Assembly: GCF_964204645.1 (NCBI RefSeq)
Contig: NC_134026.1
Coordinates: 3,743,950 to 3,807,949, forward strand
Source of the DNA: Tubulanus polymorphus
Lineage: Eukaryota; Animalia; Nemertea
Length of the DNA stretch: 64,000 nucleotides
Reading direction: 5' to 3'
Shown here: positions 25,801 to 39,300 of the stretch, piece by piece
Position numbering within the stretch: position 1 is the stretch's first letter
Layout: every line of letters begins with the position of its first letter
Notes under the pieces: generated by a model
Database searches by the model: none
Seen by the model: the letters and a program-made list of their open reading frames with translations, nothing else
What the model was told of the DNA's origin: nothing
Translations under genes and position numbers: made by a program

Positions 25801-28800
25801 ATCATATATTCTTGGCTAACAAATTAAAATTTAGGCAAAGAAGCTTGATATTCTAATTGCTGATAGTGCCAATAATAAGTTCATGCCTACACGAATGTAC
25901 GTGTTTGTATTCAACATTCCGCGATTGATTTTCCTCCTGACATTTTTGTTTATTTTTCGATGTCCGATTTCATGTCGTATTTTGTTCTTGATTTTGCATG
26001 TATTTTTCTGTATTATAACTAGATAGACCAAATGGTACAAGCCTGGGTCTCGGTTTTCCACTATCTGAACAACTGCAGAAAGTTATAGACTCGTATGAAG
26101 CATTTACAGGTCTTTATTTATATAGATACACTTTTCTATGCATCCATAGATCTTTACATACATTCCTTTTCATTTTTGAATCATTATTATTCTGGAGTAG
26201 AAAGCGATCCTGATGATGAAACCAGCTATTTTGAAACATTACCAGTTTTACAGTTATTCTGTATCGAATAGTTTCAGGATCTCTTTCCTCTTGAAACTTC
26301 ACTGAAAGCCGTTTTGCACATACGCTGACAGTAGCCATGTTATCACATTTTGCATGCACTGCATTTCAAGTGCTAATAAAAATACGTGTTTAGCATTCAA
26401 CGGCGACTAAAAGTCCTTAAATCGATCTGAATCGTCGAAATCAACATGATAATGGAGTCTCCACAGAAGAGACTTCTCATGTAGCCCATTCAGAATGGCT
26501 GTTGTTTTGTCAATATGATTAAACATGTATCACACTTAGCATCAATTTCACATATCTCACTGAACATCATTCACTTTCTACTTTCTCAATCTCGACAGTT
26601 TTGTGCGACCAAAACCCTCAGCTTTTAAGCTAATATTGAGCTAACATGGTAACTCTTTAGCATGTAAGGCTTTTTATTAAAAAATGCTTTTTGCGCTTTG
26701 TAAGCGGTGGTATTACCTAGTCTAAGTGTTAGTTATATTTTGTTATTCAAATGTTGCATGATTTTCTGCATGTATTAATTTTCTGCAATTCTATCGTTCT
26801 ATCCCTCTTCATCTGTAAAATCTCTCATACGGTTGTGGCTTTGTTGTTTATTTCAGGGAAAGTATTTCCAAAACTCAAACGCAAAGGAAGTCGAATGGCA
26901 AAGGGTGAGAATGGTGTTGAAGAGGCAGCTGGTGACAACCTTGCCACAGCGACTGTCGAAGAAGAAGCCACTGATTATGTATTTAGAATCATATCAACTT
27001 TCAAACCAGAAAATCTCAGTAAGTATCGGCGCGTGCTTTCGCCGTTATATCAAATCTACTACTGAGCATTTGAAGTCAATCCTTTCGGTATTTCAGCAAA
27101 TGAAATGATGGATCCAAAAGCAGATATGACTGTAAAATCAAACGGGTTTTTTCCTTGGCCGTCAAAGATGCCAGTACGCCATACAAGTAGCTCCAGTTCT
27201 AGTTCATCAACTGTCTCCATTCAGAGTTATGCTAAAACACAACAGCAACAGAACAATAACTGTCTCCAGGGGCAGCATAGGTGGGATGAAAAGTACATAT
27301 AGCACTTTAGTATAATTCGTGTTGTGGCTTTCACTTCTTATGTATCCGCTTTTAGTCCTCATCAAAGTTGCCGAGCAACTTTCAATTTTATCACACTGAT
27401 AACTAGGTTGATTGCTTGGTAGCTTTTGGAAAATTTCTTCCTTAAAACCTTCTATCAGAAATGTCTGGAGACTGAAAATTGTAGAAATAATCAAATTTAG
27501 ATAATAAAAGGGATACAAGATATGTAGATTGATCATATATTTCCGCTTGCTTTTAGTATCAGTTTGTATCACACCAAATGAATGAAAACTTGCACTACCA
27601 AAGTGTCCAGTAAAGGTTCACTTGTTGTATATTAGAAATTAGACTATTTCAGAATAAAGTGGTATCTGAACTGCTTGAATCATTATCAAAATTCTTTAAA
27701 TTTAACAGTAAATGAATTAAAGTTTCAAGTTAGATTTGAGTTTAACATACTCTATCTGGTCATCAGATTCTATCCTTTCTCTTTCATATATTCTTCTCTA
27801 ACTTGAACTATCATTTTGTTTCTATTTTCTATTATTTTATGATTTAAGATATGTGTATTTATGAACAAATTGGTGTGCGTTATGTTTTAGGACATCAATC
27901 AAACAGCTTTGTGATACAATGAAAAAACAGATCATATCCAGAGCCTTCTATGGATGTAAGTAAATCATTCACATGTTGGGTACAATTTTCCTGGATCCCT
28001 TAAAGAATTTAATGGCTGATACACAAATGTTTTCTGTTGTAGGGTTGGCCCACTGTCGCCATTTGAAAACCGTTCGAACTCATTTGTCAGGTCTAGTCAA
28101 TTCTACTATCATATCCATAGAAGACCCGCTTGATGCATCACAAGGTCTCACCATTGAGGTCTGGCAGAAAATGAACAAAAATGGAATTGTAAGTTGCGTT
28201 TATTCTAAAGTATTGTTACAATTCTTAATACTCAAAGGGATATTTTCATATCCATTCATATGTTGTTGATTTTAGGTTACTTCAGATCAAGAGGTTTATA
28301 GACTGGTTTATTATGGTGGAGTAGCGCAAGAGATTAGAAAAGAGGTTCGTATGATTTATCAGAAAAAGGTTTTCATGATGATAAGTTGTTGGATGATTGC
28401 AAAGTTGGAGTATTGAATTTGTTAAGTAGTACTTGATATATCTTGTTTAGGTGTGGCCATATCTATTGGGGTATTATAAGTTTGGTAGTACACCAGACGA
28501 ACGTGAAAGCCTCGACAATGACATTCGGCAACAATACGAAAAAACAATGTCTGAATGGTTAGCAGTTGAGGCGATAGTTCGACAACGCGATAAAGAGATT
28601 ATGGCTGCTAATCTGGCAAAATTATCGTCAGAAAGTACAGATGGCCACATTCCCCTCGTGCGGAAGGATTCGAGTTTGAGCAACGACGTATTTATGGACA
28701 ACATGAGCGACGCATCTGATGAATGTATATCACATCCGGAGACATTGCCCGAGGAATCTTCAACTGCTGGAACATCACCTACAACTGAACAAGTAGCAAC

Positions 28801-30682
28801 AGCTTCCAAAACGTCAGATAATGTTACTCCGGCACAGGGAAAAATGGAAAGTCCGGATGAGGGTATCGGCGAATTGCGTCAGTCGAGCTCACTCACGGAC
28901 GCTCAACAGAACTCGAAAGATGACGCCAACGATGATATGGCTTTAGAGAACGTACACGATGTAGACAAAGACATTGACGATGAAGATATTAAAGCTAAAA
29001 ATATCATAGTGACGAATGCCTCAGTAGATAGTGGAAGTGGTACCGATAATGCGGATGAAGAATTGAAATACCAAGCTGATAAAGAACAAGTGGATATCGA
29101 CAGTGAGAAGGAGTCTGCTAATCTCAATGTTGGTGAACCTGATGTACATCTGTCGATGGAAAGTTTAGTGTCACCAGCTTCACCTGCCTCTAGTGGAGGT
29201 GTCTACTCAGTAAGATACAGCTTCCTTTCCTCACAGCGATATCAAACTAGTCACGTTGGATATCTTTTCGTATGAAATGAAATTGTTCTTTTCTTTTCAG
29301 GCAGAACTGTTGGAAACTGTGGCGTTAAATCTCCATCGTATCGACAAAGATGTGCAAAGATGTGATCGTAATTATTCCTATTTCACCTTAGAAAATTTAG
29401 AAAAACTGCGCAATGTCATGTGCACGTAAGTTATGTTTCTCGCTGCCTCTCCCAACGTTGGAATTTTACCCGTACTTCTAGTGCTTATTTGAAATGTCTG
29501 CTCGACTGTTTAGATACGTTTGGGAACACCTTGATGTTGGTTATGTTCAGGGAATGTGTGATCTTGTTGCTCCATTACTAGTCATTTTTGATGATGGTAA
29601 GCATAGCCTTTCTCATTTTGCCCTTCTTCACCGGTGTAATACGGTATAGAGTTCTGCTAAACTGGGCTTATGTTTGAATTACAGAGTCATTGACTTATAG
29701 TTGCTTTAATGAATTGATGAAACGAATGTCTTCAAACTTTCCACACGGTGGAGCTATGGATACTCATTTTGCAAATATGCGATCTCTAATTCAGGTGAAT
29801 GTGCAGTCATAACTGATAAGAAATCATATGAAATGTTAAATCATCTCCTTTTTTCTCCCATTCGGAAAATTATTAATTTTGTTTATGTTCTTACAACAGA
29901 TTCTAGATGCAGAACTATTTGAACACATGCACCAGAATGGTGACTACACGCATTTCTATTTCTGTTACCGCTGGTTCCTACTCGATTTCAAAAGAGGTAA
30001 GCTATTACGTAGCCCCTTTACATTATCGAATGTCAGGATGATGCGTATACATATATGTCAGGTTATTTCAGGAAAATAGATATATTGATTAGAATAATTG
30101 ATAGCGCTTACTGCACAGAGTGGAGTGTGTATCAAAGCACACTATACAATTCAGGATAGGAAAAACGCGCTGTTCATATATTGATTAATGATATTCATGT
30201 ATACGCTCAATAGTTTAGGTGGTTGTACAACAGATTTTCTGATTTTCAGCTGAACTAAATCATTTGTTTAGTTGCGTAACATATGGACTGCACGACGATC
30301 GTAGATTATGAAACAAACTATGATATTTGATTTTTTGCAGAATTGGTCTATGATGACGTATTTGCCGTATGGGAAACTATCTGGGCCGCGAAGCACATAA
30401 GTTCGCAATACTTTGTGTTATTCATCGCTTTAGCTTTAGTCGAATACTACCGAGAAATCATACTCGATAACAACATGGATTTCACAGACATTATCAAATT
30501 CTTCAATGGTATGTAATCATAAATCGTAAATTATTGAAGCGTTTGTGTTTACTCTCATCTAGAAATAAAGTTTTTTTTCTCACATCCTTACAGAAATGGC
30601 CGAACGTCATAACGCGAAACAAGTGCTGAAGATATCTCGCGAACTCGTGTATCGTTTACAAGATTTGATAGAAAACAAATAG
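10847..30682 (+). CDS. SGSM1: Small G protein signalling modulator (SGSM1/SGSM2-type; RUN, Rab-binding and split TBC domains), multi-exon
   Basis: Spliced [41 protein letters not shown]..., [70 protein letters not shown] fingers IDKDVQRCD and [23 protein letters not shown], ending LIENK* (TAG 30680-30682). Probably co-orthologous to vertebrate SGSM1 and SGSM2. Confidence 0.93.
18305..18585. mobile_element. MITE of the g(a/t)cc(a/g)gttccacag family, CAG flanks
   Basis: cag|gacccagttacacag ... tggaactggatc|cag; ends resemble those of the ~41966, ~46722 and ~48117 copies. Confidence 0.5.
20606..20714. repeat. Degenerate CT-rich polypyrimidine low-complexity tract in an SGSM intron
   Basis: Near-pure c/t run (ctctctccgtccctccctgctctctctc...). 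Confidence 0.85.
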
Positions 30683-32175
30683 AATAGAAGTTGTTTTACT
30701 GCTAGTCAAATACGATGGTCATGGGAACACTACATGATCCATATTCCAGTGACATTCACATAGTGTGGTTTCGTAGTACTTCGACATGTTGGGCATTATG
30801 TCTTGTTAAGAGGTGAAGAAATATGTCAAAACTCGATATGAGCTTTAGGTATTGAGTTAAATTCAGTTTTTGTGAACATGTACACATTCTCTACTTTACA
30901 CATCTAATCGCAGCAAAAATTACTAGATTCACTTACGGAACTGATACGGGATAAGAATCTTCTTGCATTAACGTTTACACTCTTGTCGAGTGCAACTGCT
31001 AAAACTGCTTACATACTTAAAACTGTTGTGAACCTATCCAGTTGAAATACCTGAATGCAGAGAGCATGTCATTGCTGTTAGAATTGGTAAAATGAATATT
31101 TTTGTTTGCTTTGTTTAAAAAGTTACCGACAGTAGTTGTTGAGTTTTATTAATTCCCTAGGTATTGAGTAGATTTAGTTTCTTGCCATGAAATTTGTTGA
31201 GTCAAAATTGAAATTTTGCTGTAAGTTACTGGTATGTAAATCTGTTTGTTGCTCAGTGTTTTTCTCCTAAGTGAATGAGATATCGCAGCTGATAGCTGTT
31301 ACAAAAAAATAAATGTTATACCAAAGTTTTACTGAGTGAGGTTTCATTCACTGTATATGAGAGAATACTTAAGGAAATAATGTCTCATTCACATTTATTT
31401 TGTTTGTATTTTTATAATTTTTATGTGAAAAATGTTCTCTAAAATTCATCATCGAATGAATTATGTTGTACTTAAAAAAGGAGGGAGAAATTAGAAAAAT
31501 TCCATGCATTCGATTACGGTAATAATTACTACATGTAGGACTGTTACTTCATAATGTATAAAATCATACGAACAAAATTTAATCGATTCATAGCTTCTGA
31601 TACTTTCCATAAACAAAATGCATTTTCAAAATTTGAAACATATCATCAGGCCTATATTATGACTTTCTAATAAATACACCCAAGTAGGATTTGCAATGTA
31701 CTTCATCATTGTTCAGAAAATTGCCTCAATGTAGGTCACTTTGATGAGAGGTATAAAAATGTTATGATTCTGTGATAGACATACCGGGGGTAGACTTATA
31801 TTTTCATCAATATGAAACTTTATACGAATATGCATTGTATATTAGGTATATCGCTTATAGTTGAGTTTCAGTTTCACAAATTTTAGTTAGCAAAAAGTCG
31901 AGCAGAAAGTTTGATTATTGAATTATTTAATCTTCCATAGTTTATTCCGCATATAAACATTTGTAGTATATCTTATGTGTTGTACTTAAATCTGTTATTC
32001 TTCCTGTGTAGTCCTGAACAGATCCACACATAAATTTCATCGATGTTGCCATGAGCATCTATAATGTCTTCATTGCATGCCATATAAAGAGTTGCACAGA
32101 ATTTCTACTTCAGTATCAATTCAAACACACACAGAATCAAATCATTCCATAAGAAATTTCATGGAAATGATTCTA

Positions 32176-32332
32176 CGGTGGAACTTCGTTATAGCAAGCT
32201 CGGATAAAACGATTTGATAAATTTCGTGACTGTTTTAGTAACCATTTGCGTTCGGGTTCGGTATAAGCTAACTATTGGTTATAAAAAAATGATTTTACGG
32301 CCCCTGAAATTCATTGTAACGAGATTCCATTG
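32176..32332. mobile_element. Tc1/mariner (pogo/Tigger-like) MITE in the putative SGSM 3' UTR
   Basis: TA|cggtggaacttcgttata ... tgtaacgagattccattg|TA: imperfect TIRs with TA duplication. Confidence 0.65.
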
Positions 32333-33885
32333 TAAAGGGAACTTTAAAAAGAGATTAGTTTAGGTTTATCCAGTGGAACAAATGTATATATGTATTTATA
32401 CGTGACGGTGTATGTTTATCCCTTGCCAGTGTTAAACGTTGTGATAGATTCCAGTTTAAATCATTCAGAGTATTGAAGTTATCGGCGTTCATGTATTGAC
32501 GATTACAATTGAAAAAATTGTTTCTGATTGCGCTATAAACGAAGGCTGGATTGTAATATATTAGCCATTACATGGAATATTGTGATAATTACATAATCAA
32601 TTCTTTCCAAGAGTATTGTATATAATGTATTGTAAATTATGTATCCCACCTATGTGCACTGCCATATATACATTATATATACTTATACCAGGGTAGTCAA
32701 ATATTAGCCAGTTTCAGTGAAGCCTTAATGGATAGAAAGAGACATTTCCTATCTTTGAAAAGTGGCTCGATGATTGAAAAAATTAACAAGATATACCCTA
32801 TGTATCGTAGATTTGAAAAAAAAAATTGGATTGCAAAAATTACAATCCTTAAATGAAATAGGATTTGATTACCTGTTTAGCCCACTTCGGAATTAAGTCC
32901 CAGTGGGTAATTGCATTCACTTCTATTTTTCTATCTGGCCGTAGACGGAATCCAGTTAATTTGGGAAGTATTGAAGATGCTTCAATGGATTGACTTGATA
33001 TTTGGGTTATACATGTATCTACCCCTGTCCATCTGCAGCCCAAAAACTGGCCTTATCAGAATCAAGTTGGCTGACTAGTGTGCGACTAATTATTATGTTC
33101 GCTGATCAACTCAGCTTTTCAAAATGCCTCAATCAATTATCTTGACATTTCCTATGTATATATGTATCCCCCTAGAGCCCACCATGTTATAAAACATTGA
33201 GTCGATCGGACTCAAAATGGCCATCCTGTGACCATTTTTTGCCCAAAAATATAAACAAGGTCATTGATTACTGTATTTGTTGCCCTGGGGGTGTTCTATT
33301 GCAGAATTTTCAAGCACTATGTCAAGTGGGCATGATGTCCCTGGATCCATAATATTGGAATGTATAAAAATTAGTTTTAAAAGTATCATAAAATTTGAGT
33401 CCCTTATCATTGATCTTTGCTTCGCGGAATTCTCCCTAGTTAGCGATTTCATTGTACAGAAGATATTGTGATATACCGGTAGTTCGTGTAAAATGTTCCT
33501 ATATTTTTCTATTGTTGCGTGATCCTGGTGACTATAACTCAGTAGATGAATGTATGAATCTATAAATGTATATATACATATATATTATAAGATATATGAA
33601 ATCCTTAGATGTGCAATATAGACATAATAACTTTATTATGTGTTGTTTACTGTGTGTATATAGATCGATCTAAGAATAAATTATATATGAAAATATATTG
33701 TGAATATTTGTAAAATTGTGCAAAAAATAAATAAAACTGTTATTATATGATACAAAAATGCACCTTGTCGATCTTTCTCGGATTTGAAACATGAGCAACT
33801 GGAATATTGGTAATTTTCTGTTAGTAATTTGCTAACTCCGACTAATTGATTACGAATTATTAAACGGTCAAATTAATGACGCGGT

Positions 33886-33960
33886 CCGGTCCGGTGTCGA
33901 TAGAGTCCGGTTCGCTGTCCGGTTATACTAAACCCGGAAGTAAAATTCATCATGGCTGCC
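33886..33960 (+). promoter_or_regulatory. Putative C6orf62 core promoter
   Basis: CpG-rich patch with repeated tccgg, ETS-type ccggaagt (~33934) and YY1-like catggctgcc (33951-33960), about 200 bp after the AATAAA signals of SGSM (~33676, ~33727). Confidence 0.5.
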
Positions 33961-34979
33961 CTTCTGAATTTTTGAGATACGCGAACATTCCGTTGTTTTT
34001 GTGCGTTTATCCAAGTTGTCTGGCTCAAGCGGCGATCAGTTATTGCTTCAGGATGACTTCTAAATATCTAAGAACTCGTTGTTATCGACCGTTGATGATT
34101 CGTCCCTTGTCAGAATGCATAAATATCAAATTTAGATAGGCCACTTTTCGCTGGATTGTCTGAATCGATAAGATTAAGAAGATTACTGAAGGAGACCGAG
34201 TTGTAACGTAGGTCAACACCAGTAACGCGTTTAGATAAGTCGTCAACAACAAAGCGAAGTAGACTAAATTACAAAAATCAAGCTCCAGAATGGGAATAGA
34301 TCACGAAAAAGCTAAAGTCTAAAACGTAGTAGTAGTAGTGACTGTGAGAATGGAAGGAAAAAAGTAAGGAAAGAAATAAAGATAAGTATCTGAAGAAGCA
34401 GCGATGGTTCGCCGAGACGGTTGAATGTACGCGGGAGATAGGATTATATCGTTCGCTTCCTGATCAGATGAGAATCCAGTGTTAGAAATGAAGCTACTTG
34501 TCGTGCAATGAATCTATACAGCAACATCGTCGACGAAGCTTACCTTTGTTTTTGTGTAAAGTGTAAATTCATTTCGTTTTGTTCTGTATTTCTATAGTTC
34601 TTTGTAAATAGCACGTATAAATATATATATATATATATATTTATATGACACGATGACATTAGGTCTCTAGTTGCCATATTGATATATAGACTACAAGTTT
34701 ACTACTCGACGTCAGAGATTTCGACATCATAAAATTATTTTGCCAGGAGAGAAGAGAAAACCCACGAAACTGTTAACTGTCGTACAAGCGTTTTGTATGA
34801 GGATGTCATTATTAGTGACGACTTCGTGATTTGCGGCACAAAAATTTCAATACGCGCGGTAAAGGCTATATATTTCAAATGCTGCAGTATCGAAAACTGC
34901 TTTAAAAAAACATACAAAAACTCTAGGACTTGCGGAGCACGATTTTGTCGATAAAACGCACAGAAGCACAAAATTCAGG

Positions 34980-36338
34980 ATGAGTGATCCACGCTCGCGA
35001 AAATCAAACGCTGTTCAAAGGCTGCGGCAGCAACTACGCAAGAAAAGGGAATCGTTAGCCGACCAGTTTGACTACAAGATGTACACTATATTTCACTTTA
35101 AAGATAAGGTACTATTTGGGAACAAAATATGAGATAGGTGCAGTTGACTCGACCTATATATATTCAGAACAATATTTTCTCAGAGTGTTTTTTCTTAATT
35201 CGCAGAAAAAATCTCCGGCGGTGTTCGAAATGGCCGAAGTGGTGAATGTGATGACCAATAACTATGAGGATACGATATTGAAAGGAGTGAAAGAAGAAGC
35301 GTACTCGTATGAAAGCTCCGTCGAACTGCTACAGAAAGATGTAGTTCAACTTCATGCCCATAGGTGGCATCCAATGAGAAAGGTAAAATGATAAGCGAAT
35401 ATGCATCAAGAATCGGTATCTTGGCTTCTCGGATTCAGAGTCAAATCTCTTGAAGTTTCTTTACAATTACTACTGTAAATGTGTCTTGTTTATGTTGTTC
35501 AGGATGTTATTGGATGTACATCTACGATCGACTTTTTTCTTTGGCCTCGCGGTGATATCGATCACGTTGAATGTCTTCTATTTTCACGCTGGAAAGGCGA
35601 ATCGGAAGAACCTTTCAGGCGGCTGCAGGTATTTTGTTTACATTTTAAGTTATCGAATATTCTAGTTGGATGGACGCCAAAATGTACTCGTTCGAAAAAA
35701 AGGTTGGGACCACAATGGATTACAGCGTATAACAATTGCCACCTCTGATTATTGTATTTGACAAAATGACAAATCTAACCCCATCAGATGTTTAGAAATG
35801 AAAGGTACTTTGATATTAAAGATACTTTTTTTTGTTGACAGGTTGTATTTGAATTCCACTCCGATGATTACGAAAAGCAAATTATACGTTTGTTGACTCA
35901 AAAAGAGAAATCGGGTCTCATAATTAACAACGTGCTACAGTCAATTTTCTTCTTCATGGAAAGGTGTACTATGAAGGTCAGTTCAAGGTTGCTCTACTGG
36001 TCTATATTTCATCAGAAGATATAATTTTTAAACTGATTATGCTTTAACCTTTGATACATATTTATTTTAGACATCAAAAAACACAGCTGTTGTATTCAAA
36101 CTGACAAGTATCTGTCTCTATTTACCTCAGGTAAGATTCAGACGAAAGCTCTTCGTCGCAATACGATATATTAAGTTAGAACTAATCTCGCTGGCCTTTA
36201 ATAATTCTTTTCAATTGTATGACATTATTATTATTATTATCATTATTATTATTTCATAAAGATACTGTATTTTTCTAGGACCAGTTGACATTATGGGGCC
36301 CATCGACTATGGAGGACGAGATGGCAGCTTATGTCTAA
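34980..36338 (+). CDS. C6orf62: Orthologue of uncharacterised protein C6orf62; 6 exons (34980-35108, 35206-35382, 35503-35628, 35842-35976, 36071-36130, 36279-36338), 228 aa
   Basis: [35 protein letters not shown]...[14 protein letters not shown]...[14 protein letters not shown]...DVIGCT...FLWPRGDI...CLLFSRWK...[18 protein letters not shown] matches the remembered C6orf62 sequence along its length. All introns are phase 0 GT-AG. Confidence 0.92.
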
Positions 36339-39300
36339 AAGCATTCAATCTTTTTTCGAGAAGACTTTTCATTATTTTCTAGTGTCTGATTTAACTGCTT
36401 TATCTGCTTAGTAATTTTTGTGGTGAGCTACGCAAGAATGAATTTATACCCATGTTTGAATTTCATTACTGTTACTTGAACACTCTTGAGACCTCTACTG
36501 AACTATGATTAATGCACTGGCATTGTCTTCATTGACTATGTATAGGTATACCTGTTGGGATAATGAGGAATTGCGTAATGCACTGGTATCTACGTATCCA
36601 AAAATGTTTTAGGTTGAAAATTATGTAAATAAACAATAACATACTTGATATTTTTGCAGAGTCTAACAGTTTTAAACTGTCGTTTTCTCAACCAAAACCA
36701 CAGTGATGGCGGTCATTTGTTCGGTTTTGACAAGATTTTCATTTCGTTAAGGTTTTCGTTTTGGCATTGTAAATAAGAATGTGCTTTCGAGACTTCATTT
36801 GGGAGTTTAGGTTCTCGAAAAAGAGCTGATTTATTTTAAAATGATAATTATAAGGCAATGAATAGATAAATCATTACAATGAAATTGTTTTATTTGATTG
36901 TAAATTTATACGTTTATGTCAGCGGCATATTAGAAATTCTGAAAATATTCCCCGATGTATAACTAATTACGGAACTGTTGGTAAATCTCTTAAATAATCA
37001 GCGATCATCTGGTGGTGAACTGGCATATCAGGTGTTGAGAATCACATTCCAATTCAAATTTGTATTCAGATTATATCTACTGTATAACGAATATGTCTAT
37101 ATATCTACCAGAAATTCAAAAATTCTGTGAACCTTAACGTTTTTGTATATTTTCTACGCGATGTTCGTATTTAAAGTCGAAAGGTTCACATGATATTGAT
37201 TTAAGCATCTTATTCAGATAAATATTTCTGCTTCCATTCAAATATGATGATGATGCAGTGAAGGTCTCAAATCATTAAAAAAATTTGTAAAATTTGATCT
37301 ATCTAACATAAAAATACAATGTGCTGTCAAATAAATGATTTAATAACGAACTATACAGTGTTTTTAGATTTATATTTTAGATTTATAGTTGCAGATGCCT
37401 GGTCTTTGATACGGGTGAAAGATGTATATTATTGGAACCTTTCTTTATTTACATTTTCACTGCTGCAATTATTTTCGGACACCATGAGGATATCTTGTAG
37501 TTGTTGGCAGCTACAGCACAACATACAGTCAGTGTATGTAGCTATTGTTAAGAACTGATCAGTTTTGAAGATAATTGGTTAATCAACAAGGAACCACGTC
37601 ATTCCAAGTCATATTGAGCTGTGCTGCGAAGACTGGAAGTCAACTTGGTCTTTGGTTATCTGTTATGCCTGATGAAACTGCTCATTTTGCTCAATTCAGT
37701 ACGGTGTCATCTACAGAGAAAGCTGTTAAGCGGATGATCCTGGGTGCAGCCATATTGGCTTCGAGTTTTCCTCTAGATTGTTATGGCACACTGAATAGGT
37801 CAGTCTCCCAAATGAACACGGCTATATTGAATGACTAGGTACGAGGGATAACCTAATGCAATGGTGGCTGCAACATCCCATAGTGAATGTGTTAATTAAA
37901 GAGTAGCATAGAATCTGATTATATCCCAACTTGCCAGATACTCTTAAGTTTCAACTTAAGTACAGAGCAGGAAAGCTTTGGAAGACGACCATTACTAGAT
38001 AAGAACTAATTCAGTAAAGAAAAATATGTTGTATCTTTATTGCATATTTGCATTGATCCATAATAAAATTTGCATTCATTCAAAAATCTTCCAACAAATC
38101 ATAAACACATTCAGACTAGAAGCATATTCATATACATATATCTCTATATATATCTTTGTATTCTATCTAAAGTCAGTAATAATATATAGTACCATTAACA
38201 AGCCATACTAAAATAGGTGCTTTTCACAAATCTATAAAATCTTTCTCAAGAGATAAACCTGTGCTTATCAGGATTTGATTCAATTTATGAAAATTGAATT
38301 CGCATGAACTACTCTAGATTTACGTTTTTGGACATTACTTTACAAATGATCGCGAATCCAGAATACACACAGTATGTGGGCTTTACTGACTAAGTAGACT
38401 CTTGTCTTGCTTGGCATTTTATGCGCTCGTAAAATTCCATGGTTTACCATAAATATTTCACCGAGTTGAGAAATCAGAAATCTTCATCGATTTCTAGCAG
38501 TTTTCTGAGTTGACTACACAAAATACACGTACATGTACTTCATATTACAGATTAAGTTTTTCATGAACGTGAAGACGAAATTCTCATCTGAATATAACTA
38601 GGGTAAATCATGTTCATTTCAAACTCGAAATGTAATTTTCCTGAGCAGTAGAAGACAGTGATGAGTTATAATAACAACGTATCGAAGTATTTCAAAAATA
38701 ATTTTTAGCAGGACAAAAACGAAGTGACAATTTGGAAGTAAAACTAAAGCTGGAAGCACCAGACAAACAAATATTTCATCGTAAGACACGTAATGATGAC
38801 AGTCAGATCTCACATACCTTACACACTTTATAAAGCACACTTCATCTACTTATGAATTATATTACATTGTTCTCAAGTCACTATGGTGGAAAGGCAATTG
38901 AATTCTTTGCTGATTTCAAAGAATATTTTGGACCACATTTTCAAATAATTTAGGGCCAATAACTTAGAATAACGAAATGCGAAAACATACATTTTATCTA
39001 CAACGAATTAATGCTGATGAATGCAAATTATATGCAAAAGGCCTTCACGAATCTATTGCCATACGCTTAGCAATAGATCTGTTTGCACAACTACGACCTT
39101 GTGAATTTATAATAACTTTCTTCAGGGGACCAGCTTTCTTTTATCAGTTTGCTTATCCTAGTTGAATTGTAGATAATTCAAATAACACCTTACACTTGAT
39201 GTGATTGCGTTCGTGCAATAAACAGGTATAAAACAAAAGGACAATATCTAAGAACTAGTCGTCTATACGTTTCATAAGCAAAAAGCGAGCGATTTCAAAA

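Noticed and set aside
37380-37940. GC-richer segment between C6orf62 and the nuclear receptor 3' end
   Set aside because: Frames are interrupted and I found no motif or termini; probably an old repeat, but unsupported.
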